Shown piece after piece: positions 57,164 to 64,000 of a stretch of DNA of 64,000 nt; within the stretch, counting starts at the first letter, position 1; each line of letters starts with the position of its first letter. Below the pieces are notes generated by a model. That model was not told the origin of the DNA and ran no database searches. It saw only the letters and a program-made list of their open reading frames with translations. The stretch comes from Candidatus Omnitrophota bacterium (GTDB lineage: Bacteria; Omnitrophota; Gorgyraeia; Duberdicusellales; Duberdicusellaceae): contig JAGGWS010000072.1 of NCBI GenBank assembly GCA_021163425.1, forward strand, positions 6,582 to 70,581. Reading direction: 5' to 3'. Position numbers and translations under genes: made by a program.

Positions 57164-57631
57164 ATGAGATTTATTCTTACTAAAGAGCTGGGAAGACTTT
57201 CTCGCTGGTTGAGGGTTTTGGGTTTTGATACGGTTTATTTTAAAGAAGAAAATTATTCTAAATTGCTTCTTTTAGCTTTAAGAGAAGAAAGGATAATTAT
57301 TACTCGCAATAAGACTTTAGCTGAAAGAGTAACTACCAAAGCAGTATATTTAAAAGAAGAGAATTTACCAGAGCAGTTAAAAAAAGTTATTAAGAGACTT
57401 AATTTAAAGATAGAGGAGGATAAGATGTTTTCCCGCTGTGTTATCTGTAATAAAAGTTTAGAGAAGGTAGGGAAAGAAAAAGTAAGAGAAAGAGTTCCTG
57501 AATATATCTACAAGACTCAACAAGGTTTTAGGGAGTGTCCTCAATGTAAAAGGGTTTACTGGCCGGGTTCTCACTGGCAGAATATAAGAGAAGCTTTAAA
57601 TAAAACCGGGTTAAATGAAGTTTGTAGCTGA
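57164..57631 (+). CDS. Mut7-C (PF01927) PIN-like RNase domain protein with C-terminal zinc ribbon
   Basis: MRFILTKELGRLSRWLRVLGFDTVY is the Mut7-C N-terminal signature. The C-terminus is CVICNKSL...CPQCKRVYWPGSHW. Confidence 0.7.
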   Translation: MRFILTKELGRLSRWLRVLGFDTVYFKEENYSKLLLLALREERIIITRNKTLAERVTTKAVYLKEENLPEQLKKVIKRLNLKIEEDKMFSRCVICNKSLEKVGKEKVRERVPEYIYKTQQGFRECPQCKRVYWPGSHWQNIREALNKTGLNEVCS

Positions 57632-58844
57632 TTTGCACATTCATTCTAAATATTCTCGGGCTACCTCCCGGGATATGGAAGTGCCTAAATTAGTTCAGTG
57701 GGCTAAACTTAAAGGAATAACTCTTTTAGGTACCGGTGATTTTACTCATCACCTTTGGCTGGAGGAGTTAAAAAGGTATCTGACTCCTTTAAAAGATAAA
57801 GGTTTATTTATTTATGAAGGAGTCTACTTTATATTATCAGGAGAAATATCCAGCATTTTCTCTCAGAAGGGGAGAGTTTACCGGGTTCATAACCTGGTAT
57901 TAAGCCCTTCTTTTTCTATAGTTGAAGAGATAAATAAACTTCTTTCTTTCTACGGAAACTTGGCTTCTGATGGAAGGCCAATCTTAGGGATAAGCTGTGA
58001 GAAGTTAGCAGAAGAGTTATCTAAAATATCTGAGGATATTATGCTGATACCTGCTCATATCTGGACTCCCTGGTTTAGTGTATTCGGTTCCAATTCTGGC
58101 TTTAACTCTTTAGAGGAGGCATTTGGGAAGTATATAGGGAGGATAACCGCTTTGGAGACAGGGCTTTCTTCCAACCCCCTAATGAACTGGAGATTATCTA
58201 AATTAGATAAATTTTCTTTAGTCTCTAACTCTGATTCTCACTCTCCTTCCCGGATTGGTCGAGAAGCTAATGTCTTTGATTGCGAGTTAAATTACTGGGA
58301 GATTAAAAAAGTTTTAGAAACAAAAGATAAAGAAAAGTTCTTATATACTATAGAATTCTTCCCTGAAGAAGGAAAATACCACTATGATGGCCACAGAAAC
58401 TGTGGGATAAGGTTCCACCCTAAGGAAACTAAGATTCATAAAGGTATTTGTCCTAAGTGTGGTAAGCCTTTAACCCGGGGAGTACTCAATAGAGTAGAAG
58501 AATTAGCCGATAGAGAAGAAGGGTTTATTCCTCCTTCGGCTATTCCTTATAAGAGCCTTGTTCCTTTAGATGAGATTATTGCTGAAGCTAAAGGGTTAAG
58601 AAAAGGAGCGAAAGAAGTAGAAAGAACCTATTTAGAGCTGGTAAATAGTTTCGGTTCAGAACTTAATATCTTAGTGGAGTTAACTGAAGAAGAATTATTT
58701 TCTAAACTTCCTCCAAAGATTGCTGAGGGGATTGAGAGAATAAGAAAGGGGAGTTTAAATATTTTGCCGGGGTTTGATGGTGAGTATGGGCAGATAAAAA
58801 TATTTGACCAACACCAAGAAAAAGACCAGCTCACCCTATTTTGA
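57615..58844 (+). CDS. Endonuclease Q (EndoQ)-like PHP-domain / zinc-finger nuclease
   Basis: FVADLHIHSKYSRATS, GTGDFTH, PAHIWTPW, NSDSHSPSRIGREANVF, the zinc finger CPKCGKPLTRG, and a C-terminal LPGFDGEYGQIKIF. The architecture and length (409 aa) match archaeal EndoQ. It overlaps the Mut7-C gene by 17 nt. Confidence 0.65.
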   Translation: MKFVADLHIHSKYSRATSRDMEVPKLVQWAKLKGITLLGTGDFTHHLWLEELKRYLTPLKDKGLFIYEGVYFILSGEISSIFSQKGRVYRVHNLVLSPSFSIVEEINKLLSFYGNLASDGRPILGISCEKLAEELSKISEDIMLIPAHIWTPWFSVFGSNSGFNSLEEAFGKYIGRITALETGLSSNPLMNWRLSKLDKFSLVSNSDSHSPSRIGREANVFDCELNYWEIKKVLETKDKEKFLYTIEFFPEEGKYHYDGHRNCGIRFHPKETKIHKGICPKCGKPLTRGVLNRVEELADREEGFIPPSAIPYKSLVPLDEIIAEAKGLRKGAKEVERTYLELVNSFGSELNILVELTEEELFSKLPPKIAEGIERIRKGSLNILPGFDGEYGQIKIFDQHQEKDQLTLF

Positions 58845-59344
58845 AAGGAGAAGTTATGAAAGTAGCTTTGATATTTTATTCTTTTTCTGGCAATACCCAA
58901 AGGGTTTTTGAATATTTAAAAGAGGTTCTCTTATCTCGAGGTTGTAGTCTGGGATTTTTGCGATTAAAGCCAGAAAATGAGCCTAAGAGTTTTTTTAAAC
59001 AGGGCTTTTCTGCTTTTACTAAGGAGAAACCTAAATTAAAAGGAGAAGTTTTTTATGACCTGAAAGATTTTGATTATATAATCCTGGGAACGCCTCTATG
59101 GGCTTTTACCTTTTCCCCAGCTTTAAGGAGTTATTTAGAAAAGGTTAAAAATCTTAAAAATAAAAGAGTAAGTTTTCTTTTTACCTATGGCTCAGGAGCA
59201 GGATTAAGTAAAGCTATCCGGGAATTAAAGAGTATTTTAGAAGAAAAATCTGCTCAAATAAAAAGTTTTGCCAGCTTAGAAGGTAAAAAGGTTAAAGAGA
59301 GAAGCTATTTAGAGGAGAAACTAAAAGATTTTTTGCGCCTGTAG
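58841..59344 (+). CDS. Flavodoxin-like fold protein
   Basis: KVALIFYSFSGNTQRV is the flavodoxin T/S-x-T-G-x-T loop. The likely start is the Met at 58856. The last 10 nt, including the TAG stop, overlap tRNA-Arg(CCG). Confidence 0.55.
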   Translation: MKGEVMKVALIFYSFSGNTQRVFEYLKEVLLSRGCSLGFLRLKPENEPKSFFKQGFSAFTKEKPKLKGEVFYDLKDFDYIILGTPLWAFTFSPALRSYLEKVKNLKNKRVSFLFTYGSGAGLSKAIRELKSILEEKSAQIKSFASLEGKKVKERSYLEEKLKDFLRL

Positions 59345-59407
59345 CTCAAGTGGATAGAGCACAGGCCTCCGGAGCCTGGTGTGGCAGTTCGATTCTGCCC
59401 AGGCGCA
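59335..59407 (+). tRNA. tRNA-Arg (anticodon CCG)
   Basis: I folded a 73-nt cloverleaf by hand. The acceptor is GCGCCTG/CAGGCGC, then D-arm GCTC-AAGTGGATA-GAGC, anticodon arm CAGGC-CTCCGGA-GCCTG with G37, and T-arm GGCAG-TTCGATT-CTGCC. The discriminator is A. Confidence 0.8.
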
Positions 59408-59419
59408 TAAGTAAGCCTT

Positions 59420-59866
59420 ATGAATATTGGAGTAATTGGAGGATATAAGTGTTCTAAGAAGAGTTATCAGCTTGCCTATAATTTAGGCCGGCTTATAGCT
59501 AAAGAGGGCTGGGTGGTAATTTGTGGCGGAGGACTAGGGGTTATGGAAGCTGTTTGTAAGGGAGCGAAAGAAGAAGGAGGCTTAACCTGTGGGATATTAC
59601 CCAGTTATACTGGAGAAGAAGCCAACTCTTATTTAGATATAAAGCTTCCTACGGGTTTAGGATATGCCCGCAATATTTTAATAATAAGGACCTCAGATGT
59701 TTTGATAGCTGTGGATGGTAAATACGGGACTTTATCAGAAATTGCCTTTGCTTTAAATGAGGGAAAACCAGTTTTAGGGATAGATACCTGGGATATAAAG
59801 GGAATAATAAAGGTTAAAGATCCTCAAGAAGCCATAAGAAAAATAAAACATCTAAGATTGATATGA
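59420..59866 (+). CDS. TIGR00725-family SLOG/LOG-like Rossmann protein
   Basis: IGVIGGYKCSKKSYQLAYNLGRLIAKEGWVVICGGGLGVMEAV...DVLIAVDGKYGTLSEI matches the LOG/TIGR00725 pattern; length is 148 aa. Confidence 0.6.
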   Translation: MNIGVIGGYKCSKKSYQLAYNLGRLIAKEGWVVICGGGLGVMEAVCKGAKEEGGLTCGILPSYTGEEANSYLDIKLPTGLGYARNILIIRTSDVLIAVDGKYGTLSEIAFALNEGKPVLGIDTWDIKGIIKVKDPQEAIRKIKHLRLI

Positions 59867-60999
59867 AGAAGGCTTGTTTATTATTAGAAGACGGCTTTTA
59901 TCAGGAAGGTTTACCCTTAGGGGCTGAAGGCGAAGTTATTGGCGAAGTAGTTTTTAATACTTCAATGACTGGTTATCAGGAGATTTTAACTGACCCTTCT
60001 TATAAGGGGCAAATTGTTTGTATGACTTATCCTTTAATAGGAAACTACGGAATAAATTCTCAGGATGTAGAATCTTCTCAAATTCAGGTTGAGGGGTTTA
60101 TTATAAAAGAAAAGAGTAAAATTTACTCTAACTGGCGGGCAGAAAAATCCTTAGAAGAATATTTAAGAGAAAATAATATTGTAGGTATTGAGGGCGTAGA
60201 TACCCGGGCAATAACTAAACACTTAAGAGTAAAAGGCTCTATGAAAGGAATAATTTCTACAACCGATTTTAACTCAGAAAGCCTGAAAGAAAAGTTAGAA
60301 AAATTTCCCTCGATAGTAGGTAGAGACCTGGTAAAGAAAGTCTTTAGCAACCAAATTTACGAATGGGAGCAACCCTTAATTTCTGAATTTAATCCCTTAA
60401 TTTCTCCTCAGGGCAAAGTCGTAGTTATAGATTGCGGAGTTAAATTTAGTATATTGAGAAACCTTAAAGTTTATTTTGAGAAAGTAATAGTTATCCCTCC
60501 CACAACTTCTTTAGAGGAAATCTTAGAGTTTGAGCCTCAAGGTATATTATTTTCTGGTGGTCCGGGAGATCCTACCGCTGTTGAATATGTTATAGAGTTA
60601 GCCAAAAAAATAATAGAGAAGTTGGAGAAGAGAGAATTGAGAATAGGAGTTTTAGGGATATCCTTGGGTCATCAGATTCTTGGTTTGGCTTTAGGAGGTA
60701 AGATTTATAAGTTAAAATTTGGCCATCACGGAGGAAGTTATCCGGTAAAGGATTTAGAGACGGCTAAGATTGAGATGACTGTCCAGAACCATCATTTTTG
60801 TGTAGATATAAAGAGTTTACCTACAGATTTAGAGCCAACTTACATAAATCTCTACGATGATACTCTGGAGGGGATGGCTCATAAGAGATTGCCTATATTC
60901 AGTGTCCAGTTTCATCCCCGGACAGAGTTAGGACCTTTTGAGGCTACAGGTATATTTAGTAAGTTTAAAAGAATGATAGAGCTAACTACTTCCTTTTAA
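59863..60999 (+). CDS. carA: Carbamoyl-phosphate synthase small (glutaminase) subunit
   Basis: [13 protein letters not shown]...[18 protein letters not shown] at the N-terminus and the GATase domain GISLGHQIL...HH. Confidence 0.9.
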   Translation: MKKACLLLEDGFYQEGLPLGAEGEVIGEVVFNTSMTGYQEILTDPSYKGQIVCMTYPLIGNYGINSQDVESSQIQVEGFIIKEKSKIYSNWRAEKSLEEYLRENNIVGIEGVDTRAITKHLRVKGSMKGIISTTDFNSESLKEKLEKFPSIVGRDLVKKVFSNQIYEWEQPLISEFNPLISPQGKVVVIDCGVKFSILRNLKVYFEKVIVIPPTTSLEEILEFEPQGILFSGGPGDPTAVEYVIELAKKIIEKLEKRELRIGVLGISLGHQILGLALGGKIYKLKFGHHGGSYPVKDLETAKIEMTVQNHHFCVDIKSLPTDLEPTYINLYDDTLEGMAHKRLPIFSVQFHPRTELGPFEATGIFSKFKRMIELTTSF

Positions 61000-61024
61000 C
61001 CCGAAACTTTGGAGAGTATCCCCA

Positions 61025-64000
61025 ATGCCTAAAAGGACAGATATTGAGAAAATTTTAATCATTGGTTCAGGTCCGATAATTATAGGTCAGGCTTGCGAAT
61101 TTGACTATTCAGGCACTCAGGCCTGCAAAGCCTTAAAAGAAGAGGATTATTTTACGATTCTGGTGAATTCCAATCCGGCTACAATTATGACTGACCCCGA
61201 GATGGCCAGGGTAACCTATATAGAGCCTTTAACTGTGGAGGTATTGACTAAAATAATTGAAAAAGAAAGACCCCAGGCAATCCTTCCCACTTTAGGAGGA
61301 CAGACTGCTCTTAATTTAGCCTATTTCTTAATGAAGGAAGGAGTCTTAGAAAGGTATAATGTAGAATCAATAGGAGCCCCTGTAGAGGCAATCGCTCGGG
61401 CAGAAGATAGAGAGTTATTTAAAAAGTCAATGCAGGAGATTGGGTTAGAAGTTCCTAAGAGTAGTATTGCCACAACTTTCCAAGAAGGTTTAAAAATTGC
61501 TGGAAGTATTGGTTTCCCTGTTATTTTAAGGCCGGGTTATTGTCTGGGTGGCTACGGAGGTTCTGTGGCTTATAATAGAGAGGAGTTAGAATTCCTCTTG
61601 GCCAAAGCCTTAGAGGCCAGTCCAGTTCATCAGGTGTTGATAGAGGAGTCTGTTTTGGGCTGGAAGGAGATTGAGTTTGAAGTAATAAGAGATAGTAAAG
61701 ATAATGTTATAGTGGTGACTTCTATGGAAAATGTTGATCCTATGGGGGTGCATACCGGTGATAGTATTGTAGTTGCTCCTTCCCAGACTTTGACAGCTAG
61801 AGAATATACAACTTTTGTAGAACTTTCCAAAAGAATAATAAGGAAGATTGGGGTAAATGGTGGTGCAAATATTCAGTTTGCTCAAAATCCTTATAATGGA
61901 AGGATTGTGGTTATTGAGGTCAATCCCAGACTTTCCAGGAGTTCAGCTTTAGCTTCTAAAGCCACAGGCTATCCTATAGCCAGGATTGCTACCAAACTGG
62001 CAGTGGGCTATACTTTAGAGGAGATTCCCAATGATATAACCAAAGAGACTCCGGCTTGTTTTGAACCAACTATAGATTACTGTGTGGTGAAAATTCCTCG
62101 CTGGGCCTTTGAGAAGTTTCCTCAGGCTGAGGCCACTCTCACTACTTCTATGAAATCAGTAGGAGAGGTTATGGCTATTGGTCGAACTTTTAAGGAGGCT
62201 CTTCAGAAGGGATTAAGGGGTTTAGAAATTGGGAAGGCAGGTTTAGAATCGGTTATTGATGAGAGAAGATATAAAGTCCACTCCCAGGAAGTAGAGGCAG
62301 AAGTTAAAGCTAAACTCCTTACTCCTAATCCTCAGAGAGTCTTTTATATTGGTGATGCTTTTAGGTTGGGTTTTTCCGTAGAAGAGGTTTACCAACTTAC
62401 TAAGATAGACAGATGGTTTTTAAGTAATATAAAAGAGATAATTGACTTTGAGAATTCTCTTAAACTCTATCGGGGTTTAGACCCCCGCACTTTAAAGAAG
62501 GCTAAAGAATTGGGCTTTTCTGATATTCAGACTGCCAAGTTATTAAATATAAATCCTGCTAAGATTTCTTCTTTTCGGGAGAAGCACTCAATTTCTCCTG
62601 TGTATAAATTTGTAGATACCTGTGCTGGAGAATTTCAAGCTTATACTCCTTATTATTATTCTACTTATGAATACGAAGAAGAAGTTTTCTCTGAGGAAAA
62701 GAAGAAAGTGATTATTTTAGGTGGAGGCCCTAATCGGATTGGTCAAGGGATAGAGTTTGACTACTGTTGTGTTCATGCCTGTTTTGCTTTGAAAGAGGAA
62801 AGCATAGAGTCAATTATGGTAAACTGTAACCCTGAGACAGTTTCTACTGATTACGATACTTCGGACAAACTCTATTTTGAGCCGATAACTTTGGAAGATG
62901 TTTTAAATATTGTAAGAAAGGAAAACCCTTTAGGAGTAATCCTTCAATTTGGAGGCCAGACTCCTCTTAATTTAGCTCTGGGTTTGGAAAGGGCTGGAGT
63001 GAATATTTTGGGAACAAAAGCAAGTTTTATAGATACGGCTGAAGATAGAGAAAAGTTTAAAAAACTCCTCCATAGGTTGGGACTTAAACAGGCGCCTTCA
63101 GGAATAGCCTATTCTTTTTATGAGGCTAAGAAGATTGCTAAGGAATTAGGTTTTCCAGTAATGGTCAGACCTTCTTATGTTTTAGGAGGAAGAGCCATGG
63201 AGATAGTCTATGATGAGGAGGTTTTGGAGAGATTTGTAAGAGAAGCGCTTTTAGCTTCTCCTAATCAACCTATTCTTATTGATAAATTTTTAGAAGATGC
63301 TATTGAGATAGATGTAGATATGATTGGTGATGGAGTAAATTTTGTTATTGGCGGTATTTTAGAGCATATTGAGGAAGCAGGTGTTCACTCCGGAGATTCA
63401 GCAATGTGTCTACCTCCTTATAGTCTGCCTGATTCGATGATAGAAGAAATAAGAAAGGCTACTTATTCCTTGGCTAAGGAGTTGAAAATAGTAGGCCTTA
63501 TGAATATCCAGTATGCAGTAAAAAATGAAGAACTTTTTGTCCTGGAAGTAAACCCTCGGGCTTCAAGGACTATCCCTTTTGTTTCTAAAGCTATAGGAGT
63601 GCCTTTAGCTAAACTGGCTACTAAGGTAATGTTGGGTAGAAGCTTAAAAGATTTAGGTTTTACTGAAGAAGTCATTCCAGCTTATACCTGCGTTAAAGAA
63701 TCAGTCTTTCCTTTTAACCGATTTGCCGGCATAGACATAATATTGGGCCCGGAGATGAAATCTACCGGAGAAGTAATGGGCATAGATGAGAGTTTTGCTA
63801 AGGCTTATCTTAAAAGTCAAATTTCAGCTGGACAATTTCTTCCCAAAAAGGGGAAAGTATTTATCAGCGTGAAGAATAGTGATAAGAGGTCAATTGTTTT
63901 TATTGCCAAGGGGTTAAGGGACTTAGGTTTTGAGATTTTAGCTACTGAAGGCACAGGAAAGGTTTTAAAGAGTAATGGCATTCCTTGTTTAGTTTTACCA
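61025..64000 (+). CDS. carB: Carbamoyl-phosphate synthase large subunit, 5' ~990 codons; continues past window end
   Basis: The ATG at 61025 gives [33 protein letters not shown]. The frame is open to the window end, so it is absent from the complete-ORF track. Two ATP-grasp repeats are visible. Confidence 0.9.
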   Translation, partial: MPKRTDIEKILIIGSGPIIIGQACEFDYSGTQACKALKEEDYFTILVNSNPATIMTDPEMARVTYIEPLTVEVLTKIIEKERPQAILPTLGGQTALNLAYFLMKEGVLERYNVESIGAPVEAIARAEDRELFKKSMQEIGLEVPKSSIATTFQEGLKIAGSIGFPVILRPGYCLGGYGGSVAYNREELEFLLAKALEASPVHQVLIEESVLGWKEIEFEVIRDSKDNVIVVTSMENVDPMGVHTGDSIVVAPSQTLTAREYTTFVELSKRIIRKIGVNGGANIQFAQNPYNGRIVVIEVNPRLSRSSALASKATGYPIARIATKLAVGYTLEEIPNDITKETPACFEPTIDYCVVKIPRWAFEKFPQAEATLTTSMKSVGEVMAIGRTFKEALQKGLRGLEIGKAGLESVIDERRYKVHSQEVEAEVKAKLLTPNPQRVFYIGDAFRLGFSVEEVYQLTKIDRWFLSNIKEIIDFENSLKLYRGLDPRTLKKAKELGFSDIQTAKLLNINPAKISSFREKHSISPVYKFVDTCAGEFQAYTPYYYSTYEYEEEVFSEEKKKVIILGGGPNRIGQGIEFDYCCVHACFALKEESIESIMVNCNPETVSTDYDTSDKLYFEPITLEDVLNIVRKENPLGVILQFGGQTPLNLALGLERAGVNILGTKASFIDTAEDREKFKKLLHRLGLKQAPSGIAYSFYEAKKIAKELGFPVMVRPSYVLGGRAMEIVYDEEVLERFVREALLASPNQPILIDKFLEDAIEIDVDMIGDGVNFVIGGILEHIEEAGVHSGDSAMCLPPYSLPDSMIEEIRKATYSLAKELKIVGLMNIQYAVKNEELFVLEVNPRASRTIPFVSKAIGVPLAKLATKVMLGRSLKDLGFTEEVIPAYTCVKESVFPFNRFAGIDIILGPEMKSTGEVMGIDESFAKAYLKSQISAGQFLPKKGKVFISVKNSDKRSIVFIAKGLRDLGFEILATEGTGKVLKSNGIPCLVLP

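Overview
The window is a densely packed, AT-rich (~36-38% GC) stretch of core bacterial genome. About 70 genes lie on the + strand and none is convincing on the - strand. Many genes overlap the next by 4-40 nt, and only three gaps exceed 200 bp. It reads like the leading-strand core of a streamlined Gram-negative (diderm) genome. Going 5' to 3', the LPS core and KDO block comes first: a GT1 tail, a polysaccharide deacetylase, three tandem GT9 heptosyltransferases, a heptose-7-P kinase, and kdsB-kdsA-kdsD-kdsC. Next are metF, a YjbQ gene, and an archaeal-type HPS-RraA fusion. Next come a Pal-like OmpA lipoprotein and the uppS-cdsA-dxr-rseP-ispG block. A CpaF/TadA-like secretion ATPase is wedged between ispG and proS. 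Next are rimP-nusA-infB, trpS, scpA, ruvB, tgt, trmD-rplS-rnhB-yraN, purH, and a C1-folate trio fhs-fchA-folD. Next are hisG, a TPR protein, a split transketolase, ispE, spoVG, tRNA-Gln, glmU-prs-rplY-pth, rpsF-ssb-rpsR-rplI, and dnaB. Next is the lipid A and outer-membrane block bamA-skp-lpxD-lpxC::fabZ-lpxA-lpxI. A tRNA-Arg(TCG) follows, then a PyrR-attenuated pyrR-pyrB-pyrC and carA-carB (partial). I found no CRISPR array, integrase, transposase, or toxin-antitoxin or defence island typical of accessory regions. I do not think the window holds a large undescribed system. The one candidate for an unusual module is a five-element insert that splits the pyr operon between pyrC and carA. It holds a Mut7-C PIN-like RNase translationally coupled to an EndoQ-like PHP/Zn-finger endonuclease, a flavodoxin-like protein, tRNA-Arg(CCG), and a TIGR00725/SLOG protein. 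Several housekeeping proteins carry unusual zinc or iron-sulfur elements. SpoVG has an inserted double-CxxC ribbon. ProS has its INS editing domain replaced by a Zn ribbon. TrpS has a C-x20-C-x6-C-x2-C cluster. A 30-aa hyper-basic ORF that looks bS22-like lies after hisG and was absent from the ORF track. All calls rest on motif-level reading of the supplied translations. No database search was run.
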